Shown piece after piece: positions 12,401 through 23,189 of a stretch of 64,000 bases of DNA (position 1 is the first letter of the stretch; each line of letters begins with the position of its first letter). Under the pieces are notes generated by a model that did no database searches, was not told where the DNA came from, and worked only from the letters and a program-made list of their open reading frames with translations. Location: contig NC_135903.1 in NCBI RefSeq assembly GCF_964194155.1, positions 2,914,001 through 2,978,000 of the forward strand. Reading direction: 5' to 3'. Origin of the DNA: Cetorhinus maximus. Taxonomy: Eukaryota. The position numbers and the translations under genes are program-made.

Positions 12401-13026
12401 GAGGAAGCAGCCTTGGTAGACTGTTAGTTGTTCTCAGTCAGGTTGCTGTTGTCCCACACACTCTTACTCAGCTTGGACATAACCGCTGCAGCTTTTGTGA
12501 TGCTCCAGTTGATTTCAGCATCGAGTGACAGATTGCTGGTGATTGCAGACCCGAGGTATGTGAAGCTATCAACAACCTCCAGCGTCACATTGTCAATGCT
12601 GATAGACGGCAGTGTGGCAACTTCCCGGGCCATAACATTTGTCTTTCTGATGCTGATGGTCAAACTAAACTCTTTACAGGCGTGAGGGAGTCTGTCCATT
12701 TGCCGCTGAAGGTGTTCCTCGGTATGGAATGCTAGTGAGGCATCGGCAGTGTTAAGCAACTCTGAGGACTTGGCACATCGGTGTCTTGGATCTCAGATGA
12801 GCAAGGCTGAACAGCTTTGTGTGTGTTCTGATATGTAAGTAGACATCCTCTGTAGATAACCTGAAGGCAATATGATAGCAGCAAAGAGAAGAATAATGCA
12901 AAGAGCGTCGGTGCCAGAATACAACCCTGTTTGACCCCATTGCAGTTCTCAAAATGTTGCTGTCATAGCTGAGCTTACCCATCATGTTGTCATGGAAAGA
13001 GGAGATCACACTGAGCAGCTCCAGCA
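9478..13026 (-). mobile_element. 5'-truncated RTE-clade LINE (interrupted by a Tx1-like L1)
   Basis: Minus ORFs: TADASLAFHTEEHLQRQMDRL...LEVVDSFTYLGS...INWSITKAAAVM and IPKDLLYSEL. C-terminal ARVGLLSHSKRC, then a poly(A) tail (T-run at 9477-9487). Confidence 0.8.
9619..11696 (+). mobile_element. 5'-truncated L1/Tx1-clade LINE ORF2 with poly(A) tail
   Basis: WRPISLLNVDYK, LDQEKAFDR, GVRQGCPLSP, YMDD, and C-terminal zinc knuckle CPRGGCGGEETVVHLLVDC. One frameshift near 10420. AATAAA plus A-tail. TSD (AA)GACAGTGG at 9609-9618 and 11695-11704. Confidence 0.92.
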
Positions 13027-13367
13027 GGCATAATCTTACGATTAGAGCTAGGCACTGGACAGTGAAGTCAGGAAACGCTTCTTCAAAGGGCATAGAAATA
13101 TACGGTTCTTTGCACAAATTCATTTGACCCTGGATTCAGGGTCAAATGAAATCTTCAAGACTGAGATCAACAGATTTTTTTTTTAATAGATAGGAGTATC
13201 AAGGGATATAGATCAAAGTCAGGTAAATGAGGATCAGCAATGATCTAACTGAATTGTGTAACAGGCTCAAGAGGCTGAACGACTTACTCCTGTTTCTGTA
13301 TTCCTAACATCGGTAGACTATTCCACAGGAGACACCATCATAGCAGAGTCAGATTCTATTTTGACCT

Positions 13368-13718
13368 AAAAACAAAAAACTACTGCGGATGCTGGAAATC
13401 CAAAACAAAAACAGAATTACCTGGAAAAACTCAGCAGGTCTGGCAGCATCGGTGGAGAAGAAAAGAGTTGACGCTTCGAGTCCACATAACCCTTCAACAG
13501 AACTGAGTGTAGTTAGGAGAGGGGTGAATGGATGGCAGGACACTCAAGGTACAGCTCTAGTGGGGGTGGGGTGGAAAGACTGACAAGGTATTAGTTGTAG
13601 ATTTAAAAATAATGGAATCTATATAAATTATTGAGCAATACTTCTTCAAGGAAGGCATTTCTTGAAGAGAAGTGGCAGTCAATTAAACACAGAGATAAAA
13701 ACAAAAAACTACTGTGGA
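13368..13718 (-). mobile_element. Internally deleted Penelope-like element with 13-bp TSD
   Basis: Reverse complement of the 57770-58195 end. TCTATTTTGACCT at 13355-13367 and 13719-13731. Confidence 0.75.
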
Positions 13719-14109
13719 TCTATTTTGACCTGACAGCCATGTACTGCATCTCCAGCAGAGGGCACTGGATAGCCACCGTATGTGGCGAACTCTCCAAATT
13801 TTTCTTCCTAGTCAACTGCTGCCATAGATAATATCAGCTAGTTCAGCAGAAAGCAGGAAACTAGACCCGAGATCTGGTGTGCATTGCTCACTAGATGGCG
13901 CCTTTATTCACCTGGGCACTGGCAAGGCTAATCCCTGTTTCTAGCATGTTTACATGCGAGACTTGTGTGGTGCTGCTCAACAGCAGTGCTCAACACATGG
14001 CGAGTTCCTAGGCTCAGAATTGCGTTATGAAAAGGAAATGACAGGCTAAGTTAGAGCACAGTAGTAAGAATAATCAGTAAACCAAGTTATCCTAAGGCAC
14101 TCATAGCTA

Positions 14110-14320
14110 TAATAAAAGCAAAATACTGTGGATGCTGGAAATCTGGAATAACAGAAAATGCTGCAAAAACTCAGCAGGTCTGGCAGCATCCACGGAGCGA
14201 GAAACAGAGTTAACCTTTTGAGTCCAATAAAGAGTCATATTGGACTCAAAAGATTGTCTCTGTTTCTCTCTGCACGGACGCTGCCAGACCTGCTGAGTTT
14301 TTGCAGCATTTTTTGTTTTT
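14110..14320. mobile_element. Fold-back (hairpin) Penelope terminal fragment
   Basis: Arms 14151-14229 and 14237-14316 are near-perfect inverted repeats of the Penelope end. Confidence 0.8.
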
Positions 14321-14494
14321 ATATGCACTTTTATAGCTGGCTGAAGAGCCCGGTCTGAGGCTGGGAGCAGGGGAGAAAGATTGGCCGTTATACCATTAAA
14401 ACAAAACTAGCTGGGAATACAAGCACAAAATTGACCTGTGAGACCTGAAAGACTGGACTTCCACTGTGGTAAAACAAGCTTCAGTATAAGAACT

Positions 14495-14517
14495 TTTATT
14501 TTTTTCCACACTTTATT
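14495..14517 (-). terminator. CASC3: Candidate CASC3 polyadenylation signals (two AATAAA)
   Basis: TTTATT at 14495-14500 and 14512-14517 on plus, at the end of an apparently repeat-free ~1.9-kb AT-rich stretch after the stop codon. Confidence 0.5.
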
Positions 14518-16417
14518 AAACCGCGTCCACCAAATGGCAACAAAAATATTGATTACAAATCTCCATTTCTAAGAAGATTAAAAACTAGCCATCACAGTGT
14601 TCTGGGGTCTAGATTAGTCACACAACTGATATGTGAAATTGACAAATACATTTCAATCGGCAAAATAAAAAGGGAAAAAAACAATTTTATTACATTTAAA
14701 TGCAACATTTTGGAAAGTGTTTACACTCTGCAATACTTGACATATTTCTTTCAAACTAGAAAATGTCTGTTATGAAGGAATAATTACACACTTATTAGTC
14801 AGCATTTAACATATAAACAACCTGTCTAAAGTGGCCTAACAGGTACAGGCTAGACAGACCACAGGGGTAGCGGACACATTAATCCAGGTTAACAGCATCA
14901 ATGTTCAGGTCTGTAAACAACAAAGAAACATACAGGCCTGTGGCCTGGTAAATGTGATGATACAATATCAATGTTTAGCCTCTGCAGCCTCCTGGGAAGC
15001 AATGGCATGTAGCAGAATGGATAATTTAACACTACAATTCACTACTCATAATCCCCAATCGTTCATTAAACTTACATCAATAATTTTCACAGTCTTGACC
15101 TAAAAAGCAGGTTGAAAAATCGTTGGCCAATGAAACATTCAACACATGGACCTGGCTTGCTTTTCTCTGCAATGCTACTCTACTCGTGTTTCTATTTACT
15201 GTATCAATGGTCACATTGCCACAAACCAACAAGTCAAGAATGTCCCCAAGTAAAGTGCTCTTATACAGCATGAATGCATAATATAGATGAGTTGAAGCAC
15301 ATGAGATGGTCATGTCAGCTCTATCCTGTATAGCAAATGCAGAATGCATTATTTATATAACAGATCAAGATTTCAGGTTGGTATTGTAATTACAATTGGG
15401 ATAAAAAAATCATCCTTCCCTCAGTAGTGGCAGATGGTATTAACAAACTGAAACACAATCCGATTTGAAACAGCATAAGCCAACTGCATTTCACCAGCTT
15501 GTACTCACCTCATTCTCCTGCACGAAAAAGCATGCTTTTTCTTTCAAAAGTTAATACAACGCAAAAGAAAAGCTAATTTACATGGAGAAAACAGGTTTTT
15601 GATTACCAATTTATTTTTAAAAAAAGGACGACTGATTGAAGTACACTTGTAGAACGGTGGCCGGGTGGCCTTGGCACCTGACTTGGGTGAAGGGATGTCG
15701 AGGAGAAATTCAATATTCAAGAAAGAGCAAGATTAAGCAAAACGAGAGAGAAATTGTTTCTCTGAACTAATACTCTACACACAGGAGCACCTTAAAAGCC
15801 AGACTGAAACCTAAACTGTATGTACACTGTTTATGGCTACATCTTTCCTCTCTCCCTGTTAAAGACAAAATCAGTTAACCGTTTGACCATACACCAAGCT
15901 GAAGAAATTTTTGGATCATATATTTATAAATGTGTATCATTTGATGCAGAAAGTCAAGGCCAGAGCAGACTGACCCACAAATCAGTCAATGTTAATCAAC
16001 ATCAAGGTTCAGTGGTTAGGAGATTATTGCTGTACTTATTTGGAACTACTAAGTCACACTTGATCACAAAGGACTCATATTCAAAAATCAGACCCTGGTG
16101 GAATTGATTGCTGGTTTACTGCAATGTTACCATTCACACCGTTAACGGAAAGCAGCCCAAGAAACAAACCTCATGAACAGGTGCAAGAAAAGCACCCAAG
16201 GAGTCAAATGTGCTCAATGCCCTGCTTTGTCAAGGACCGACAAGTCCTGCAGCCAGAGTTAAATGACGGCCGTGAACATTAGCAACGCCAGCAACACTGC
16301 CAAGCCAGCAGGATGCCCAACACCACGAACAGAGGACTCTGATTATCAGTAAAGTTCTGTCCACTTCTACGTGGATTCTTTTCCGTTTAAATTCATAGAG
16401 AAAGACTTCTCCCGTCT

Positions 16418-16459
16418 CTAAGCTTCATTCCTTTCTTTCAGCTTTTCACTTCGGCTGTC
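16418..16459 (-). CDS. CASC3: CASC3 last coding exon (13), DSRSEKLKERNEA*
   Basis: Acceptor TTATTTTTTCAG, phase 0 matching exon 12, TAG at 16420-16418. The sequence differs from the mammalian C-terminus, hence lower confidence. Confidence 0.65.
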   Translation of the reverse strand, partial: DSRSEKLKERNEA

Positions 16460-17761
16460 CTGAAAAAATAAATTGGAGAACTTCTAAACTCAACAAATTG
16501 GAACCACAGAATACTTTTTAAAAGTTAAATAAATGCCACAATAGTATTCTTATTAAATTTTAATGAAAGGCATTTGATTACTTTAAATATGAGCATTCTG
16601 GAGCAATATAAATAGCCTCAAGATCTTTGGGCCAGGGAGAAGAAAAATGATCCTGGACTTCTAATCCTGTTCACTGTCCAGTGACCATTACTGGAAACTG
16701 TACATGTGCATCTCAGGTCAGGATATGTGAACTCGGATGTATAGTCCTCCACAGTGAATTTGCCTGTCAAAAGCCACCGCTAAGGTTCATAATTGAAGAA
16801 TGACTACTTTGGTGAGTTACTTAGAGGGCTTCAGACATCTGTGGAGCTATATTCCAAAAACTGTCAACACATTTGGGATAGCTTATGTGACATGAGCTTG
16901 ATGTCCAATTTTCCACCCAAGTTATCAGGAGCGATGGCAAGTGGTAACCAGGCTCTTTGTCACATGAAGGGAATAGTGGAGGATGAAGGAGAGCAAGTTA
17001 TTCACTGTGAGGGCATCATAGAAAAACTTGATGCTTGAAATCCACACGCAGGCACATGGGTAGTGTGGTCAAATGTCCAACCTTCTGATCCAAACAAATA
17101 AAGGACAATCAGGGTGTCCTCACCGATATTAATGGACAACTGGAGAACTTCCTAGACTATATATCATGTCCGGCGCAGGCATGATGGGCTGAATGGCCTC
17201 TTTCTGCACCATAACTTTTCCATGGTTCCATATATCTCAGTACCATATCAAATGGTGCATTGATACACAGTCATAAAGAAGCCTTTTATGTGGCTTTGTT
17301 TTAAATGATACTCCCATTTTGAACTCTCAGTACAGAAATCCTTCAAGAAAAACAAAATCATTTGCACACATTATAAATTATAGAAATTTATAAATTAGGT
17401 GAAACAGAGAGAGATGGAAGAGAAGATTGGAGAAAAGGGATGGAGAAAGAAGGGCAGTGAGAGAGAAAGAAAAGATTAACCACCTAATTCAAGAACAGCA
17501 CAGCTTGGGAGGGCACAGCAGAGGGAACTGAAAGAATGAATCCTTGGCAGGGTGGGGGAGCAACTGATGAAGAGAACTTAAAAGGAAATATTCTAAGTAG
17601 AGAGAAAGAGAAGAAAAACATTAACCAGACATAAGATATTAGTAGAGATTGGTGATACATGAATCTATACAAGTTATCTTCATATCAACATGGTATTTTG
17701 CAGCTTCAGATGGTGTTGTACCTAAGCTGCATGGAAACCAGATGACGGATGTATCAAGTAC

Positions 17762-17884
17762 CTCAGGTGGCGGTGGTTTAACAGTAACAGGCTGCGATTG
17801 TCGCCGTGGAGGTGATGGTTTAGGCAGGGCCTGCTGCTGTACAGTGTTGTAGTACGTGACTCCACCAAAGACCTGAGACTGGGC
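17762..17884 (-). CDS. CASC3: CASC3 exon 12
   Basis: AQSQVFGGVTYYNTVQQQALPKPSPPRRQSQPVTVKPPPPE; AG/GT; 123 nt. Confidence 0.93.
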
Positions 17885-18221
17885 CTGACCACACATAACA
17901 AATAGTTAATATTTCTGAAATTTCTTATTTCCATGACAAACAGGATGTGCAACAAACAAAAGATTTTTCTACGGTGCTTTCGTCAGTGGGCTACCATTGT
18001 TTTGTGGTGGGTGAATTAATGCCTAATAGTAGCCTGAAGTACAATAAGGCTTCAAAATTAACACTGATTTAAGCAGACAGCAAATAAATGCAAAGGCAAC
18101 TTTGGTTAGTATGATGAATTGTTCCAAAAACGCTACTTTTGCACAAGCAGGAACTGTGTGCAAAAGACAAGAGAGCTTTGGCAACCTAATTTTTACCATT
18201 GCTGCACAGACAAACTTGCGA

Positions 18222-19150
18222 ATTAGGAGGAGTGGACCATTCAGCCCCTTGAGCCTGCTCCGTCATTCAATAAGATCATGACTGATCTGATTGTGGCCTG
18301 AACTCACTTTCCTTCCTATCGCCTATATCCTTTGACTCCCTTGTCAATCAAGACTCTACCTAACTCAGCCTCAAAAATACTCAACGATCCCGCCTCCACC
18401 GGAGGAAGATTTTCACAGACTCTCAACCCTCAGAAAAAAATTCTCCTCATCTCAGTCTTAAATGGGAGACCTCTGATTTTGAAAATGTGCTCCCTAGTTT
18501 GAGTCTTTCCCACAACGTGAAACATCCTTTCAGCAACCAGCCTGACAAGCCCCCTCAGGATCTTATGTTTCAATAAGTTCACCTCTCAATCGTCTAAACT
18601 CCAATGAATACAGGCCCAACCTTTCCTCATAAGACAACTCCCACATCCCAGGAATTAGTCGAGTGAACCTTCTCTGAACTGCTTCGAATGCAATTATGTC
18701 CTTTCTTAAATAAGGAGATCAAAGCTGTACAAGGTACTCTAGATATGGTCTCACCAATACCCTATGCAACTGTAGCAAAGCATCACTACTGTTATATTCC
18801 ATTTGTCTTCCTACTCACTTGCTGTACCTGCATAGTATTTTTTCGTGATTCATGTACCAGGACACCCAGATCCCTCTGTGCCTCAGAGTTCTGTAATCTC
18901 TCCCCATTTAAATAATATGCTGCTTTTTTCTTCTTCCTGCCAAAGAGGAATTTTCCCACATTATACACCATCTGCCAATTTTTTTGCCACTTGCTTCACC
19001 AACTTATACCCATTTGAAGACTCCTTATGTCCTCTTCACAAGTTACTTTCCTACTTATCTTTGGGTCATCAGCAAACTTAGCAACCACACATTTGATCCT
19101 GTCATGCTTGACATGCTAAGCTAACTGGCCTGTAGTTTTCTGCTTTTTGT
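18222..19150 (-). mobile_element. Degenerate CR1 LINE 3' portion
   Basis: CR1 tail plus degenerate ORF2 C-terminus, related to 23190-24030 and 47080-48090. Confidence 0.75.
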
Positions 19151-19608
19151 CTCCCTCTTATCTTGAATAGAGGAACGACATATCCCATAACCTAATTTCC
19201 CATGTGGGAATAGTAATGTATTTACTGAGGAATTATAATAGATTAAAAAAAAAATTTGTATTTGTACAGCATCTTAACCTGTCTCTCAGGATGCCAAAAA
19301 ATGGTTTAAATCCTTCTTTTGATGTGCACTAAAGAATAGTGGTATGACATTTGATTACAATGCACAGTCTGGTTTGCTCTCCATTTCCTTGAAAATACTC
19401 AAGTTGGCAGTGAAATTGCAGTCAACGTTTAGAAGTAAAAGCAAACATTTTTGTTTCTTTTTTTAAAAAAACATTGCATTTGCTCCAAATTTGTATTCAG
19501 ATTTTTGCCCTGATGGTAAAACTTTCCACATTGATAAACCGAAGAACATGTTCTGATCTATAAATCTCTTACATACCAACCATTACCATACCCTGCAGGT
19601 ATCCTCAC

Positions 19609-19808
19609 CTGAGTGGTTGGATAAATATGAGGTGGGAGGCCCCCAGCTGTGTATGGATAACTGGGGTTTCCATAGTTCATCATTCCTGGTGTGAAGAAAG
19701 GAGGGGGCAGCACCTGAGGTGGAGGTGGTTGTCCAGCTGGCATTTGGACTTGAGGAGCATAGAGGCCGGGGTTGGTTAGGTGGCCAGGAGACTGATGGTG
19801 ATTAAAAC
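19609..19808 (-). CDS. CASC3: CASC3 exon 11
   Basis: (G)FNHHQSPGHLTNPGLYAPQVQMPAGQPPPPQ...NYGNPSYPY...IYPTTQ; 200 nt; phase 1 to 0. Confidence 0.92.
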
Positions 19809-20162
19809 CTGGAACTGATAATGATTGTCAGTTAGCCAGAGGAATAAGCTGAAGATAATTCACAAAGACTCTAAGGAACAATCCATAAACACGGTTACAA
19901 AGAAAAGCTACGGCTAGAAACACTAGAACCAATTACATAAATTAACAGATACAAAGATCCAAAAAAAGATTTTTTTTTTAAAGTTTAAATGAAGGAAAAA
20001 TTCAGTTGATGACAGTGAGACTCTTTTTAAGCAGTCAAACATGAATCCAACCAACCAGATAGATTATCTTTGAGTCTTCAATTAAGATTCTTTTCCCCTG
20101 CCCTACCAAGTGCATCTGAATTCTAGTCAATCTCTCATTCTTGTTTTATAAGAGTAATATAC

Positions 20163-20261
20163 CTGGATGAGGGAGGTGCATATCGGGCTGGACAATCATG
20201 CCTTGGGGTGGTAGAGTAGTTGGACTTTCATTGTGGGTATATATTGGTCCTTGAAATTGTA
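20163..20261 (-). CDS. CASC3: CASC3 exon 10
   Basis: (L)QFQGPIYTHNESPTTLPPQGMIVQPDMHLPHP; 99 nt; AG/GT. Confidence 0.93.
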
Positions 20262-20949
20262 CTGCAAACAGGATCCACAGTTTAGATTATGCTGACAGGT
20301 CACAGCATCATGAGTAGAGGACTGAAAAACTGCTTAAAGGTACTTATTCACAATAAATTGCTGTAAGGTTAGTTTTTCCAAAGATACTGCATTAGCTTAA
20401 CATATCAAACCTTTGGAATCTGCTTTTCATGGTCACAGCTACTTAAACAATGATCGTGAACAAAATAACTATCTTCAACTTATTCACAAGCACAATAAAA
20501 ATCTCACAAAAAAACTCTGCAAATGGTTCCATTTATACTGACTGGCCTTCAGTCCCTCTCCTATTTGATGTATATAGAATATACCACATGGTGAGCCAGT
20601 ATGTGTGGAAACGCCAAAGTAATTCTCATTTATGAATCGTTGTGAAACAGACATACAGCAATATTTATTCTTAAAGAAACTTTCTTTTCCAACCCATTAG
20701 CAAAATATTCTAGGGCCAATGGTAAACCTTACATCTTTCTTTAATATTTAGTTCAAGGAGAAATCCATTTAAAAGCTGGTTTTTGATTGCTCCCATGTTA
20801 TTGAGAGTCAAATTGTGAAGTTCAAAAGAAATCTTACTAGAATAATCTCAGTTGGTATTTTGTGATCCCAACATTCTAAGCTAATTTTAAACTGAGTTTG
20901 CTATTTTAAGACCAGGTCACATGACAAAATTAGAAACAAATCCCTTTAC

Positions 20950-21157
20950 GTGGATCGTAATAGTGTCCTTCCATGAGGCCGATGTGCATAGGTCCAGGGG
21001 CTGGAGCTGGTGCCGGTCCCAGGGCTGGCGCAGGTGCAGGTGCTGGTGGAAGAGGAGGAGGAGGAGGAGGAGGAGGTGGTGGTGGCAGTGGAGGTGCTTC
21101 AGGTACTGGCCGCTGCCGTTGAGATGAGTAACGCTTTGCCCGTCTTCCTTGGCTACC
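20950..21157 (-). CDS. CASC3: CASC3 exon 9 (with poly-Pro tract)
   Basis: GSQGRRAKRYSSQRQRPVPE...MHIGLMEGHYYDP; 208 nt. Confidence 0.93.
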
Positions 21158-21524
21158 CTGTAACACAGTCAACCATTTTAAGTTAAATACTCCTCATAGA
21201 AAAACAGAGGTGTGTAGGCTGTATTTCTCTACTCCATAAAACAACAAATCATGGTGCCATCCCTCAATTTTTCCCACCCGTAACAATCTGTTTTGTCCCT
21301 TCCCCAATACTTTCAACTCAGAAACACTACATTATTCATTATATCACCTTGCCGACTTAGCTCCTCGTAAGACCAAGCCGCTGAAGTGCATTAGAGCTTT
21401 TCCAAGGTACTAATGCTTCTAACAACCACACATAGCAGCAATAATTAAGTATCTCTCAAGTGAAGGGGCCTAGGTTAAAATTATAAGTCTATATTTTAGT
21501 AAACTGCCACATACAGAATTTTTA

Positions 21525-21692
21525 AAAAAAAATTTGTTCACGGGATGTGGGCGTCACTGGCTAGGCCAGCATTTATTACCCATCCTTAATTGCCCTTGAA
21601 AAGGTGGTGAGCTGCCCTCTTACCGCTGCAGTCCCTGTGGTGTAGATATACCCACAGTGCTGTTAGGGAGGGAGTTCCAGGATTTTGACCCG
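21525..21692 (-). mobile_element. CR1-like LINE 3' tail fragment
   Basis: GGGATGTGGGCGTCACTGGCTAGGCCAGCATTTATT, the reverse complement of 51890-51940. Confidence 0.75.
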
Positions 21693-21950
21693 TCTAGAAT
21701 GATTCTAAAGATTTTATCCGCCACCTATTCCACATCACAACAATTGCTGCTCATACAAATCTGGAAGTCAGTCTGGTGTTTCAAAAAAAAATTTGCGCAA
21801 ATTGCTTCCAGGAAAAAAATATGTTTAAAAACTAATGCAGGTTACATACCAACAATGATTTTATACATAGTCATTCAACCGTTATGGCACAACAGAATTA
21901 GTTATAGTCTGAAAATTACAGTAATTAAAGGCAAACTCTGCTCAGCTTAC

Positions 21951-22012
21951 CATTTCTTCCACCCGGTTATACTGGGCAGGAGCAGCACCAACGTGTAATG
22001 AATTGGGAATTC
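21951..22012 (-). CDS. CASC3: CASC3 exon 8
   Basis: (G)IPNSLHVGAAPAQYNRVEEM; 62 nt; AG/GTAAGC. Confidence 0.9.
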
Positions 22013-22484
22013 CTGGAAGAAACAGAGTAGTCAATTCCTATCTGTTATATGGTGGTGAACGATTACTTATCAATTACTAATATTTTCAGCAGTATTATTT
22101 TACTTGAATAAATAGCATTTATAGGAAGAAGTGTTACCATCAGCATTCTTGGGGAAAAAAAAGAACTTGAGAGCCCATTGGTTCCATTTCTGCTTTGATT
22201 GATTTTTATTTCTATGCAGCCCTTATTAATTATCACCCAAATAGCAACTGATTGCAGTCTCTCTCCCTGCACTCAGTTTCAATACACACATTCAGCTTTG
22301 AATTCCTATTGCATGGGCACAAGGTCAAAATTACACATTTTCTGATGTTGATAGCATGGTTTCAAATCACTTCCTGCACTGCATCCCACACTATTTGGCA
22401 CAGTAAGCATTTGTCCAATGTAACAATAAAAATCAATATTAAATATCTTGCATTCTTAATTAGCACTTTTCTCAGACAAAGACC

Positions 22485-22770
22485 ACCACCTTCAACACCT
22501 CTTTGACCCTTTTGTCTCTGACATCTTTTGATTATCTGCTCACACCACACCCTCAATGTGTCTCTTCCCCCCCACCCACCTTAAACCAATTTATATTTCT
22601 CCCTTGTTGAAACTATGCTTCAGTTCTGCTGAAGGGCCATGAGGGCTCGAAACGTTGACTGATTTCTTCTCCGCCGATGCTGCCAGACTTGCTGAGTTTT
22701 TCCAGGTAATTCTGTTTTTATTTTGTTTTGGATTTCCAGCATCCGCAGTAGCTTTTAGCTTTTTGTTTTT
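22485..22770 (+). mobile_element. Penelope-like 3' end with hammerhead-like motif (22622-22660)
   Basis: Matches 57895-58195. Confidence 0.75.
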
Positions 22771-23189
22771 AAATATATCATGACTGTTGCTTCAGATCAC
22801 ATTCAAAAAATCAGATTACATGTAGGAACTAAAGGATACTTATACATATTTATTTAAAATATTGTCTTTAAGTACCCTCCCTTAAATGCACAATAATAAA
22901 ATATTGTGCCATGCTATCCAAGATAGGTGTCAGGCTAATGAAGCTGGCTTTTACCTTACTTCCTTAGCAACAGCAAAACTTATTGCTAAATGTTAAAACG
23001 TTTTGCTCTCTCCCTGTGCTATATACAGCCTCTATGTCCATTAACATAGCACTATTTCTCAACATGGAACAATGGATTGCACCCCTGTTGATGAGTACTG
23101 GATCACCTGCTGTTATCATATTGCCTTGCTGTGTGCAAATTAGTTTCTGTGGTTCCTATATTGCAACACTGGGAACACTTCAAAGGCTG

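Larger units (their letters stand above)
8975..13310 (+). mobile_element. Old CR1 3' fragment split by nested insertions (pieces ~8975-9050, 9355-9477, 13027-13310)
   Basis: CR1-like text resumes after the RTE. GGCAT is duplicated at 9473-9477 and 13027-13031. A CR1 tail (CAGGCTCAAGAGGCTGAACGACTTACTCCTG) lies near 13260-13300. Confidence 0.6.
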
